Origin: Chrysomallon squamiferum
Taxonomy: Eukaryota; Animalia; Mollusca
Reading direction: 5' to 3'
DNA length: 64,000 nucleotides
NCBI GenBank assembly: GCA_012295275.1
Contig: CM022676.1
Location: 6,882,001-6,946,000 of the forward strand
Shown here: positions 1 to 31,321 of the stretch, piece by piece
Layout: each line of letters begins with the position of its first letter
How positions within the stretch are numbered: the first letter of the stretch is position 1
The notes under the pieces: model-generated
Told to the model about the DNA's origin: nothing
What the model saw: only the letters and a program-made list of their open reading frames with translations
The model's database searches: none
Program-made: the position numbers and the translations under genes

Positions 1-72
1 TATTTACTTATTTTGTTTGTTTGTTTGTTTGTTTATTTATTTTGTTTGTTTGTTTGTTTGTTTGTTTGTTAC

Positions 73-6606
<6,534 letters not shown>

Positions 6607-6706
6607 TTTATTTATCTACAAAAATAATGTACAATTTTATAAATCATTTTGTATGTGTGATTTTATGTAACTATTCATTTATTTGCTTACGTGTGTGTGT
6701 GTGTCT

Positions 6707-6753
<47 letters not shown>

Positions 6754-6882
6754 CAGATAGATAGACTGATAGTAGTTACGAATACTGACAACATTCCAAA
6801 ATCTGCTCTCCAAATAGCATTAATAATATAAAAAAAAGTCTTATTAAAATAATGTATTGACTTCTTTTTTATTTGTTTAATC

Positions 6883-6931
<49 letters not shown>

Positions 6932-7280
6932 TACTACTGTTATAGTATTGTTTTCCTCTTTTGACAACAAAGGAACGTCGTCCTAGATAGAAAACAATAA
7001 AATTATGATTAAGATCTGACGCGCTCGGGGGTTACTGAACAATAAAACAAACACTTCCTTGTGTTTCAGCGCATTGCAGCCAGGAGCGGATCCATTGTTT
7101 TAAAAACAGCGGTTTATATCAAACACCATTACGCGTGTGTGTGTGTGTGTGTGTGTGTGTATAGACAGACAGATAGATAGATAGATAGATAGATGTGTAT
7201 ATATACAGACAGACAGACAGACAGACAGAGACAGAGGCAGAGAGAGACCGAGAGCGAGAATGAAAGCGTTATCAAAGAAA

Positions 7281-7356
<76 letters not shown>

Positions 7357-8470
7357 AGAGATATACACACACACATACATACCTAATATTTTGATATAAA
7401 CACACAAATACATATATATATAAAACACACACAAATACACGTGCATAAATACTTTGATTCAAGATCACATTCAAACATAAAGAAACACACAAATACATAT
7501 TTTACTTTACAGTATTGAAAACTATATTTACAAAATATACTAATAAATCCAAGAAAATATTCTATTTAGTATTCAACATATACAAGTTAAGTCATGCAAA
7601 TCACATGAGACGCAATGCGTGAATATAGTTTGTATACATATCTTTATACATTAAAAAAATGAATTTATACACGAACACGCAATGTACGTACGAATTTATG
7701 TATGTATGTGTCTGTGTTTGTATCTGTGTGTGTGTGTGTGTGTGTGTAAATGTGTTTCTGCCTATGTCTGTGTGTATTTGCGTGTTTATGTGTGTGTATT
7801 TAAGAGTTTCAATATAACAGTTCCTACCTGTCATTCTATTTCACCGGCCCGTTCAAAGTTAGCAGGAAATCCATTAAATATAACAACAAGATCTAACAAC
7901 TGGAATTTAATTCATTCTGTCTCTGTGCTCACTGAAAATTACAGTTTAGTTTTATTTTTGTCAAAATTATTATTATTATTTGTATTCCCAGATACAAGAT
8001 CTTTATTTTTTACTTCCTTGTTCAGTGGGTTGCGTGTTGTTTCTAAAAATAACTTCAGTCGACAAGGGACCGCGGTGAACAGAGACAGGATAAGGAAAGA
8101 ATGTGTAATCGTTTGTTTAATGTCACGTGAACAATTTAATATTGACTGTTACATTTTAGCAAATGTATATGGTTTGCGTGAATTAATACGAAAAGTACTG
8201 TTGTAACTGAACGGCTTAATTTTTATCTATAAGACGCAAGAGATGTTATGTAATTTATGTATATTCTCAAACCAGCCTTCGATAAACACTTACACATGCG
8301 CACTTACGATTCTCGCGGACTAAATAAACAGTACGAAGAAAATATAACAATAATACAATAATAAGGGAAATGAAAACAAAAAATAAACACACACACCCCC
8401 AGCAAAACAGAAATAAAACAAATACCAGAACAACAGCAAACAAATAATAATAGTATAAAAATAATAATAA

Positions 8471-8504
<34 letters not shown>

Positions 8505-8739
8505 AAATAAATATATAAAATAATGTTAATATACTTGTTCATATACTTCTATTTGTTACTATATAATAAAACCGTTTCAACTTGAGAAAAAGGATGCATG
8601 GACGGGGAATGATTCTGAACATCATCTGAAATAGAATCTGGGATACTGAATATATTAATGTCAGAAACCTTTAATACGCATCTATCGAAGAACTGCGCAA
8701 GTATGTTTGACGTGTTCATATTCTGAAAAAGATATACCA

Positions 8740-8793
<54 letters not shown>

Positions 8794-8894
8794 CAGTATA
8801 ACATTTCTAATAGGTTTGGAATCTGGTGAATTAATTTTTAATGTATTAATAGATATTTATTTGTGTTAGAAAACATTTTAATATAATCGGTAAT

Positions 8895-9205
8895 CATTTC
8901 TGAATTAATGCGAAAATACCCGAAACGATTGGCTTCTGCTCCGAAATAAACCGTGCAAAAACGAGGATGTGTTTTGCCCACTGGCATTTAAAAATAACAT
9001 GCACCGGACGTTTTGTATCTTTATAATCAAAACAATGCGCATTTTGTAATGGCGCGCTGTTAATAAGAAATCCGGGTTGTCTTGAGTAAACGTCACAGAG
9101 TAAACACCATCGCATGCTTACAAAGTGGGAGGTGTAATAACAACTATATAATATGTGAATCAACTAAGATAGAGAAGTATGCACGTACTGTGGGCTGTTT
9201 CTTTG

Positions 9206-9273
<68 letters not shown>

Positions 9274-10050
9274 ATATATGAAGAGTAAAACATATTCATC
9301 CTGTTAATAAGTTAGTCAATGCTTACTGACGTTTGATTAACTTCATTAAGGAAGTTTATTAGCCTAATTAGTCTGTATCCGTTTGTGCGAGTCTTTCATG
9401 GTTTACAAAATTATTCAGCTGCCTGAATTTTTCGGTATATACATATACGCTTATGCGCATGCATTTATTTTAAAGTAATTTTTGACTATTAAACAATATA
9501 CGCTAAATGATGCTAAAGAGTTTGACAAGTCATCTGGGCATCCAATCAGAGAAAAGAACTTAATAAATTTGGTTGATTTATATTTAGATCGAATAAAGTG
9601 TTTATTTTAGGTTTCATCTGTGTTTACATATTCAAAATATCTTCCTTTCTCATAATATTTCTCAGTACTAGGTCTTATAGTTGAGTCTTTTTGGGCAAAC
9701 AAAGAGTTGGCCCCGGGCGCACCGGACCTCTGCACGCCACTGATTTGACGTCAGTAGTGATAAATTCTATAAATAAATAATCGCTTGAAAAATTTAGTTT
9801 TACACCACATTTTAAATCACTGCTTGTCTTTTAAACACATTAAAATATATTTTTCTTATTTTATTTTTGGTTGATGGAATCTCATTTAGATTAATATACA
9901 TCATTTCTTAATTAATACGAAAATACCCGAAATGAATGGTGTCTGCTCCGAAATAAACCTTGGAAAAATTAGGATGTGTTTTGTGGAATGGTATTGCGAA
10001 AAGTTTGTAATGGGGTAATCAAAAAAAAAAAAAAAACCCCAAAACACACA
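8895..10050. repeat. Two diverged direct copies of a dispersed element (about 8895-9060 and 9902-10050), probably non-autonomous DNA transposon fragments
   Basis: Both copies read AATTAAT(G/A)CGAAAATACCCGAAA...TCTGCTCCGAAATAAACC...AGGATGTGTTTTG, with CATTTTGTAATG downstream. Confidence 0.7.
9707..9742 (-). mobile_element. Short GC-rich terminus of a non-autonomous DNA element (CAGTGGCGTG... type, PIF/Harbinger-MITE-like)
   Basis: The minus strand reads CAGTGGCGTGCAGAGGTCCGGTGCGCCCGGGGCCAA. Related termini occur at about 7081 (CAGGAGCGGATCCA) and 23856-23910 (GGATCCGCC; CAGTGGCGCA). The family assignment is from memory only. Confidence 0.4.
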
Positions 10051-11440
10051 TTTTGTAATGACAGTACTTTTTAATTAGTGTCACCTTTTTTCGGTTTAAT
10101 CAATTTACTTTTTATTGAAAGATGACGAAATTTCGACTACACCCTTTTCCCGAAAACATACTTAAAGATTATTAAAAAAAAAAAAAAAAAAAAAAAATCA
10201 TTAACGACAATAAATAAATAAATATTTGAAAGTTATCTTTACACGTAAACTATACCAGTGGATTGCTATGGCAAAGAAAAATCATCAGTATTTGTTTTAA
10301 TTTATTATTATTTTTATTGTCAGCGTCAGTGCATTGGATGAATGTGTGTGTAAAATTTGTTGCTGTTACTGATAAAAGTCATCTGTGCACCGTTTTCTAC
10401 TCATAATTATTTATAATAATAATAATAATTAATATAAATTTAAGAAACCAAAACAACAGAACTTAAAATAATTAATATTTATATAATTAGTGTTGTATCA
10501 AATTATTTTATTCTTTTTATTTCATAGTATTAAGTTATATAAAGAGTTGTTTTTTTGTTTTTGTTCTAAATCTTAACTTTTTAAATTCCTTTTTGACTTT
10601 ATTTTAATTCATTAATATATATATATATATATATAATGTTGTTTTTCTATGTCAATTTACACTTCACATCTTTTAAATGCAGTAAGCCGTGCAGTTAGTT
10701 CTAATTGGATAGTTGTAGTTTTTGATTTGCAAATAAAGGTGAAATCTACTTACACTGACACAGTCTTTGTTAATAAGGATTGTAACAGTATTATTACAAC
10801 AACTATTGCATCGATAATAATAATATAATAATGATGATCATCATAATAATTTTACTACTACTACTACTACTACCATTACTACTGCTGCTACTGCTATTGC
10901 TACCACTAAATATGTTATGTTTAGGTTTATTATTTCTGGCTGATTGTTCTCAGAATACTATTATCTTCACCATTGTATGTTTGTTGTTTTATATAAAACA
11001 AACAACTTTGATATATATATATATTTATTTTCATTAAAATTTATTTGTTATGGCATGAATAGACTACAAGTTTAATGATGCTTCCAAATGGCAAACACAG
11101 ATATCTTTAAACTGTACTCTTTTGTATTTCTGCTTTATTATTAATAAAGATTGGACAATAATAAAAAATAATAATAATTGTAAATAAAATAAAATAAAAT
11201 GAAATTAAAAAAAAAATAAAAAATAAAAATAAATAAATAAAATAAAAAATAAAAATAAATAAATAAAACAAAAATTGCATGGATGCAGAATATATTAAAA
11301 TATTTCTTCTAATCACCCAACACCAAAAGTACGCCTCAAAGTTATCCTTTATTCATTTTTAACATTTTTTACTTTATTATTATTATTATAAAAGACTGAT
11401 CATCATAAGTCTTATATTTGATTAACAGGTTATAGGAAAA

Positions 11441-21511
<10,071 letters not shown>

Positions 21512-21590
21512 ATAGTCATGTATCTAAAATAAGTCATTTATGAATATACGTAAACAACACTATATATGTATACACACACACACATATATA

Positions 21591-21732
21591 TGTAATCTGC
21601 AGTTATGAATATTCATATACAATCATCCTGTAATCTGTAGTTATGAATATTCATATATAACCATTTTGTAACCTGCAGTTATGAATATTTATATACAGCT
21701 ATCTGTAACCTGCAAGTTATGAATATTCATAA
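21591..21732. repeat. Four ~38-bp tandem units with a palindromic core TATGAATATTCATA, in the SLC6-A 3' UTR region
   Basis: TGTAAYCTGYAGTTATGAATATTYATA recurs at 21591, 21629, 21667 and 21704. Confidence 0.85.
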
Positions 21733-24700
21733 GTCCTTTATTGCTTTGTAATCCATTTAAATTATATTCAGTACTATAAAGTTCTTAGATATTTTGATAA
21801 AAAAAAATACAATAAAAATTAAAAATATATATATATATATTAATTTATTATCATTATTTCTGTACAAATTTAATTCTAATCACCAGAAAATAAATAAGAT
21901 AATATATACCGCTTTGTTAGTTTTTTTTTTTTTTTGTTTATTTTGGGTTTTTTATATAATGGTGCCAATGCTTAAATTGCTTGTTATCATGTCTATGGCT
22001 TTACAAAACTATGACAAGGATTGGCAAATTTTGATAGTAAAATACATATATCCACTAGATAAATAACACATCAACAAGAATGCAGTTTGAGTTATTTATT
22101 AATATACAGAACATACTTTGTAATAATATTAAATAAAATAAACGCAACTAAATTGTTTATGGTTTTCTGTAAATTTGAGTTTAAAAAACTAAAGACGGAG
22201 AATTGAGTTATTACATTACTATACGAGTGCAACTGCCCGTTTCTCGTTTCCCGAACCAAAACTTTAAATCACTCAAACATCCAAAGTCTGTATATTAGAT
22301 ATTAGATTACTGCGGACATTGCTGAATCAGAGAAAACTCGCTGTACCTTGGCCATTAATTAGTGAAACTTTAAAAGTTAAAAAAATCCTTTGAAAGTTCG
22401 TCATCATGTATTTGCCTGTGAAAGTTTATAACAGATGGTCAAGCAGATCTTTAATTGTTTGCATATAATAAAAGACAGTTTGTTTATCGATTATAATTTC
22501 TAATACAGATTTTGTAGATTTTATTTAATATTAATTTTGTCGTCATTGTTTTTCTATTTTATATATACAGAATATATAATAATGAGTACGTTAATAAAAC
22601 GTTATACCGAAGATAAAAATTATCTGAAATTACGTGAACGAAACTAGATTTAGATCAACATCAGTATCTGCTCTTATATAAAAAAATAAAATAAAAAATA
22701 AAAATAAAAATAAAAATAAAACAATTCCTATGTGACAATGTCGAACGTATGTCATCACTTTCTACGAAACGTACGAAAGTTGAAAGGATAACTAACAGCG
22801 ATCTGACGTTAACTTCTGTTCAAGTATTTAATAATAATAACAGTAACGTAGGTAATTTAACAATTTATATATATTTGTCAATAAAGATTTTTCAAATTTT
22901 TATGAGTTTCAATGGTAATCTTAATAATAATAACAACGAAGAAAAACGTTAAAAATAGTTATAAGGGAGGTTACTGTGATTTAATTTTTTTTTTTTTTTT
23001 TTTGTCTCGCTTTGATTTTTGCAGGGTAAAAAGTTCATAAGAATGCTCTGTAATTGATTTTTAAAATTATTTATTATTTTTTTTATTATTATTATTTACA
23101 CAGGTAATGATATTATTTTGAGGTCATAGGATAAACTTTTGTTTGCGCTATCTCTAATAAGTCAGATGATTATTACTATTTGAAATCTAGGTTTTGATAG
23201 TTTTCTGTTTTGTGTCGTCTGCGTTTGATGACGTGGATTTCCAAAACATTTCAAGAAAATAATTGTCTGCTTCTGTATGTGTAAATGTACTACATTTAAT
23301 TTAATTTTGTCATTATTATTATTTTTTTAAATAAATAAATAATAGAACAAACAAACAAACAAACAAATATAAAACGAATTAAAAACAAATAGTCTAAATA
23401 AATTAACATAATTCATGAATGTAGGTATGTGAGAAAACTTTCAAAAATATTATTTTTCAAAAACATTAGGCCTATATATCATTAAAAAGAAAAAAAAAAA
23501 AAAAAAAAAAAAAGATAGAAAAACAAAAATGAATATTAAAATAACAACAAAATCTCTTTGATGGCATTGATGTGAAAAATTTACGAAATTTTACAAAATA
23601 AAATTTGAGTGTATTATCCTTCATAATCTTTGGAGAAACTGATTCGTTTCTGTCACATTGTAGCATCAACACTGAATATCATAGTTTTAATCCAATTATA
23701 CAGTATTACTTTCTGATTCTCCGTTGTTTATCAGATATAACGTCAAAAATAAAAAAAAATAAAAAATACTCTGATGAGGCTGAATGTGTATAGTAAGCAT
23801 GATCTATTTTGTTTTGGAAATTTTGTAAAAATTACGAAACCGAAACGCAAATTAGGGATCCGCCTTCAAGATAAGCAACAATTGGGAGACCAACATCAGT
23901 GGCGCACTCAAGTCTTTTGTCACATACCTAATGAATGCATGAAACACTTTAAATATTATTGAATGGCACATATTGTGTTGTAAATCGGCTTACCATTGTA
24001 TATGAAGTGTTCTTTCATTTTAAAACACTAAACATGAGAATGAACTATTGCAAAATTATATTTTGTAATGTTAAATACTAAATAAGTTATCTATTTGAAT
24101 AATGCCTAACAAAATTAAATCCTAACATTAAGGAATATAAAATGTTATATTATGTACATATAAGAGCATTATTTTACCCTTTAAATTGAGTCCATAATAT
24201 GAAACTGTTAATAAAATATCATTATGTAAAAGTTCTTTCAGAATCTATAAACATTTAAATGTATCAGTTATCATGAAATATTAATAATAAATAAATCAAA
24301 AAAGGAAAATAAGGTAACATATACAAGGATTAATATCTGGTTGTAAAAATATAGTATCTAATTTGAAATGTGTAAAATAATTATTGAAGATAATTACCAG
24401 AGCAGAGCTTTTATAATAATTAGGTGTTTTTTTCTGAAAAATTAAGAATATCGTTCTTATTCCAAGCATCAATAATATTCATTACATTTAGCCACTAACA
24501 CTCACACATATGCACAGACACAGAAATGACCAATGAATTTCACAAGATTTATGTTAATCCATCAGAGTATCTGTTACTTAAACATTACAGATGTTGATTC
24601 AGACAATAAATTTAGAAGATCTCACTGGTTTGAGAAGATATCCAGAAGTCAGATTTCAAAGTTGCCTGTACATCATTTCAATGGTTGAATCATCTGTTTC

Positions 24701-26396
24701 CACATACAAACTTGAAAGGTGACCAGTAATGATACAATCAGACAGACTTTCAACATGGTAAACAGTGCCACATTTGGAAGAAATAAGAAAATTCTTGACT
24801 CTCCTGTCAATGAAGACATAGCTTAAAGATGTCATGGTTATTTTCAAGTTTTATTGTGTTTTTATATAGCATTTTATATAGAACTGCAGAATTGTCACAT
24901 TTTTTATAGAAAATCTCAGCTATTTAATATTATTTACTGTTATATATAGAACCAACAGTGAATCACAGTTAGAATTTGTTTTTAAGAAGTCGTAATCATT
25001 CAAGATTGATATTTGATTAAATTCAAAATCATGAAGATATTTGCAGATTACTATATATTCATTATTTTTTTTTTTTTAGTATTTCAAATTCCAAGCTCTT
25101 CTCGGTAGCTGATATTTTATCATACATTTCATCATCTTTACTGATGATGTATAACACTCATTTTGTTTTAATACAGACAAATCCTGTTAATATTAGGTCA
25201 GTATCTGTAAATTCAATATTTATTATTTTGTACATTTATTTATTTCTGTTTTTGTTATTATTATATTAATTATTGTAGATCTTATTAGCATCATTGTCTT
25301 TTTTTTTAATCAGCCAGATTTGGAATCTCTTGTTCTGTAATCAAAAAATATATTTTGTTGTACATCCACTTCATTTAATTTCTTCTCCTGTTACTACTAC
25401 TATTAAAGTCATTACTGTTATCTTAATGTAGATATTATTTGTTCTTTTAATTTTAAAATTAGCTTCTTTTCATTCTATTTTTTGTTTTAAGATAATTTTT
25501 TAATGCTCTTATCCATCATCGCTACACTGGCTTTCCTAGATTCATTTCAAAAGTTGTTTTACTTCAGTCAGTTCTAGTTGAATATACTTCAACATGGCTG
25601 CACTACATCTTCCTTTCAATGATATCTTCTGGAAACCTGGTTTTAATATGTAAATGTTAAAATAATTTAATAAGAATAGTTTTGTTTTATTTCATTTCTT
25701 GTTTTTAAATGAAAATGTGTTATATTTTGCATCCATTTAATTTTTATTCTTCTTATTCTTGTTTTTTTTAAAATTATTATTATATTTTTATTATTATCAT
25801 CATTGCCATCGTTTTAATCATCACCATCCTTATTATAAATCATTATCATTATTTCTACATATCAGTTACACTGAACAAGCAATTTATATGTTGTTTCCAT
25901 ACTTGTAATACACATAAACACAAAAAATATTTTATTGTATATCTACTTCTTTTAATTTCTATTGTCTTAATATAGATTTGTTCTCTTAATTTTAAAATCA
26001 GTTTCTTTTCTAATACTACTATTACTATTACTAGTGCTGTTGGTATCTTAATATGGATATTATTTGCTCGTTTAATTTTAAAATCAGTTTGTGTTCTAAT
26101 ACTGCTACTATTACTCTTCCTACTGGTATCTTAATATAGGTATTCTTTTTTTAAATCAGTTTGTCTTCATTCTTAATTGTTTTTTTTTTAGATATTTTTT
26201 TTTTAAACACTCATATCTAACATCTCATTTAGTGAATTTCCTGTACATATTTGAAGTTCAAAATGCCTGGTCTCCATCATCCTTTCTTCTCTGTAATTCA
26301 GATCTGTAATCATTAACAAATTTACAAAGTAAATATATGCTTTAACTAGACATGATTAAAAATAATAATAATAATCAAATAGGTTCAGTTACCTTA

Positions 26397-26806
26397 ATAA
26401 ATAGAAAGATGTAGCTGTTTTAAATACCAAATTATATGGTTTTTCATCCTCTATATTATTTTATTTATGTTTGTTTTTGTTTTTTTAACCTCTCCATTGT
26501 AATGAATAGATTTATATGTAAAGTGTTACTGAATATTAAATCTTAAAATTTCTTGAGTCATATCCTTCCAAACAAACAAAAGGTAGTAACTGAATGTAAA
26601 AATAAATAGAGAGATGTAACTCAGTTTTCATTATTAAATTAAATGGTTTTTCTTTTTCTATATTATTTTATTTATGCATGTGGGGTTTTTAATGTCTGCT
26701 TTGTAATGATTTGATTTATATGTAATGTGTTATTGAATATTTAAATCCTAAAGTTTCTTCTGTCATACCATTTCTTATTAACAAAAGGGAACAACTGAAT
26801 GTAAAA
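26397..26806. repeat. Diverged ~205-bp tandem duplication
   Basis: Two units, each running AAATAGA.AGATGTA.CT...TATATTATTTT...GATTTATATGTAA.GTGTTA.TGAATATT...AACTGAATGTAAAA. Confidence 0.75.
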
Positions 26807-28642
26807 AAAAAAAAAATGAAAAAAATGTATTATATTTATTTATATTGATAATATGCTAACTTTAATCAGAATGAAGAGGAATGGAAAACATTCTTCCTTA
26901 GTAAATTACTGATTTTCTTGTATACTGTTTAATAATCATTCTAATTCAGGTAAAACAAGTTTCTGCTGGGGACTCTCTGCATTTAGTTTTGACTGTGTGG
27001 TAGAAAAAGTCTGTAATTCCAGAAAAAAACAGAAAGATATTGTGTACATATTGTTTCCTGGGACACTCACTGCATCAAAAGTTAGCCAGTGTGGCAGAAA
27101 AGATCTGTAATTCCAAGAAAAACAGGAAATGATATCTGTAATGATGTACATGTAAAAATGACAATGTACTAATTATCATGAATAAATAAATAAACATATA
27201 ATAATGATCTGTATAAAAAATAATATTAGAAATTAATGTAATATGTTTTAGATATTTTAACTGATATGGAAGAAAAGGCATTTAATTCCAAGAAATTGTT
27301 GTGTATAATAATGTACAGCTAATAATATGATATACAAATGATCACTGATAAATAAATAAATATGTAATAACGATCTTGCATTGTGGATGTTCTATGAATG
27401 GCATCAGTGAGTTTTGTGAGGATATCAACCATATTTCTGATTCAATGTTCAGTATTCATCTTTTGAAATGTGTTCATATGCATTCCAAACAATTCTGTAT
27501 ATCTGTCCTAGATACACAAATATTGTCTTAGACAAGTGGATTTGGGATAATCCAAGATAGATATTCTTGAACCTTCAGGCAATATTAAGCTGGTTTTAGA
27601 TAGTTACTAGAAATTTTGTTTCATCTTCATTTGTATGTACATAGAAGTGTGATGTAGTTTTCATTCAAACTCAGCTGTTGCTGTTTATTATTTCTGATGT
27701 TATTTTTTATTATTTATTATTATTGTTGTTGTAATTACAGTTGTTACTGTTAGTATATTATTACATTAATTTTTATTATTAATTATTATTTCAAAATTTT
27801 AGTGATAATACAAGATTTATGGAATTTGTGAATTTGGTTGATTTTATATATTATTAACTATTTTATTATTACTATAACTATCAATACTACTATTACTACA
27901 ACTATTTCTACTACTACAGCTGTTACTACTAGTACTATTACTACTATTAATATTTCAGAATTTTAGTTTTCTAACAAATTATAAAACAATTTACAGACAG
28001 AAGTTGGGTTTTTAGATAAGCACTGTGGAAGCAGTCGTCATAACCTGTCTTAAATTACCCATGAGCTGTTGGTTCACACGGCAACCAGAATAACTCAGAG
28101 ACAAAAACTAAGTTTATTTCTTTGTTTGTTTTTTTTTTTAAAAAAAAAGAAAAAAAATTATATGTTGTGTTTCTTAGAGAAAAGTACAAATTAATATTTG
28201 TACTTTAGTTGTCATGGATAGGCTGGAATAAAAGATAATCCATTGAATGGGATTGAACTTCTAACCTCTAGGTCCACTATATAAAATTTATGATTTTGAA
28301 AAAAAAAAAAGCATTATTTCATCTACTTATTATTATCAGAATTAAAAACATTTCAGTTATGTTAACATAGAAAGAAAACAATGATCAATTATTGTAGATG
28401 TGACATGTTCTGACATATTTAACAAAGAAGAAATAAAAATAAAAGAATCAGTAAGATTTATTTGTTCAAGCATATTAAAAAAACATGTGACAAGAAGTGG
28501 AAATTATCTGCCAAAAGAATGACTCATGTCCAGAATATCTGGGATAGGGTTTAGTAGTCAGTCGGTTCAAATGTGCTTAAATCTGCAAAAGATTCAGTTA
28601 CAACTGTCAATGACATCCTATAAAGCAGCCTAAAACACTGAA

Positions 28643-30820
28643 TCATTGAGTTGTTGTTTGTGAAGTTGTTGAAGTTTCTGTTATGGCTGCCTGTGAATCA
28701 ATGGTCTCAGCAGTAGCTTCATCCAAATTAAAACGTTCTAAGCGGTTTTCAGGTAGCCTGGGTCCCCAGTCTTTTGTTGGTTTACTCATTTTCAGTATTA
28801 CCTAAAAGGTATATAAAAAAAAAAAAATAATAAGTTCACATAGTCATGTGCTGGATTAGTCGATTTTTCTATTACCTAAATAGGGGAAGGTAAAAAAAGA
28901 AACATTAAATAAGCTTTATACTTACAGGACCACAATCATCTGGTGAATTACTCTATTTCTCTATTACTTAAATTAGAAAAAAAAAAAAAAATTTAAATAC
29001 GTTTTATACTTATAGACCCACAATCAAGTGCTGGATTACTATTTTTACTTGAATGACAATAATAATAATAATAATAATTTACTTTTTACACTTAAAGGGC
29101 TTCAGTCATGTTTTGAATTACACTTTTATTATTAAAATATTTTATTATTAGCAAAAGGTTTAAACAAAATCACCTAGCACATATATAAAATATATTTATG
29201 CTTGATGTGCACTAACAGCCTCAAAAGAAAATTCTACAGAACCCCAAAACTGGAACTCCTATATTTAATAAACTTTATAAAGAAATACTGAATTTATCTT
29301 TTCAAAATAAGGTACCTAATTTTCAAGAATGTAACGAGTGAATATTAATACTAACTTACCAGTTTTAATGGTTTGTTTGAAGATATATATTCTCTGAATA
29401 CAGTGAATATAGCCACACATGGTACAATTAATATGGAGGTGACTGATATTAGCCATCCTAAACCGTCTGCCCAAATGGGAAAAATGACTTTCCCATATCT
29501 GGAACGTTTGAAATCTGCCCATGAGAAGACAAGTATGATCTGTTGAGAAAAAAGTAAGTTAAAAAAAAAAGAAGCTTGTAATAGAAATATAACTGAAAAA
29601 AGGCAGTAACAGAAATACAACTGAAAAAATGTAGGAATAAAAATATAATTAAAAAAAAAAGGAACAGAAATAAAATTTAAAACTATAGGAATAAAAATAT
29701 AATTTCAAAAATGTAGCAATACAAATATAATTTTAAAAATGTAGGAACAGAAATATAACTAAAACAAAAACAGTATGACAGAAATATAACAGGAAAAATG
29801 TAATAGAAATGTAACTGAAAAATGTAACAAAATGTATAGAAAACAATTTAAAACATGAAAACAAAAATATATAAATAATTATAATATATATTTTTTAAAT
29901 CTACATCACTGTCAAAAATGTATAGCAGCAATTATTCTCAGTAATTTTATACACAAACTGACAGACATTTCTACTTACTATGAGTGAGATAGGAGAAATA
30001 TACTTCCACAGAATTGTCCACACCTTCTGATCAGGTTGTTTCCTAAGCATTGAGCAAATATCTTTCAGAAATCTCTCAGAACCTATGTATATACAGATTA
30101 ATCAGTCAAAGACTAAGATGTTCTGATATTAAAAGATAAATGTCTAATTTTTAGGTTTCTTGGATAATTATATAATAATATTTCAGAGGAAATCAACTGT
30201 TTATCTATTCTTATCAGTTATTAGCAGTTTATATATATAATGAATTTTACAATGCCAGACTGCCAACAGTGATCTAAGAAAGCACTGAGAAAAATTAATT
30301 TTATGAAGTAAAAAGTAACTAACTAAATAAATTAATAAATAAATAAACTAACAAATACATATATGTATATATCAATAAAAAAATAAAATCATTTAAAAAA
30401 AAAAAAACATTCCTGTAATGCAAAGTAAGTATACATAAGAAAGGAATAATCTAAGACTTACCATAAACCCATGAAAGTACCAAACATTCAGTAATACCAA
30501 TAAACAGCAAAGCATATGAGGCTGCATAATTGTCAAACAGCTGTAAAACATACATTCCTCCCTTCAAAAAAAAAAAATTTAAATAATGAAAAAATATATA
30601 TATAATTACCGATAAAAATTAAGGGAGAAAAAAATTAATTGATAATATAAAATCAGTTAATATACAGATGTATATTTTCCTTAAAAATAGATTTTTAATC
30701 ATATTTAGAAAAATATGTAAAACTTCAGAACAAATTACATTAAATAGAGCACACAACCACACATACATGCACACACATACAAATACACAGATAGACAGAT
30801 AAAAAGATATACTTACATAA

Positions 30821-30861
<41 letters not shown>

Positions 30862-31279
30862 TTTAAATCTAATGAATCTGTATTTATTTGAGAAATGTTT
30901 TCTTGTATTCAACAGCTGAGTATCTGTACATTTAAAATGACTAACCCTTGTACAGAATAAGAGACCTATTGAGTAGCACATGGAGGCAATTCCGATCAAG
31001 AGATAGACACTGTTACTGGAATGTAACCTCTCTCGGAATATTTCTGGAAAACAGTCCACAAGTGTTGTGTGCACTGTGGTTACTGTAGCTAGCTGTAAGG
31101 AGAGAGTAGCTTTAGATATAAAACAGTAACAATAATAACAATAACAATAAGAAGAAGAAGAGCAAAACAATCACAATGCAGAAAGAATATAAATAATAAA
31201 TTTAACTATAATAATAATAATAATAACAATATAAGTAATAATAATTATTATAATAATGACAATATAAGAAATAATAATA

Positions 31280-31321
<42 letters not shown>

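Noticed and set aside
21591-21732. Palindromic direct repeats as CRISPR
   Set aside because: The spacers are only about 10 bp and related to each other; this is a minisatellite.
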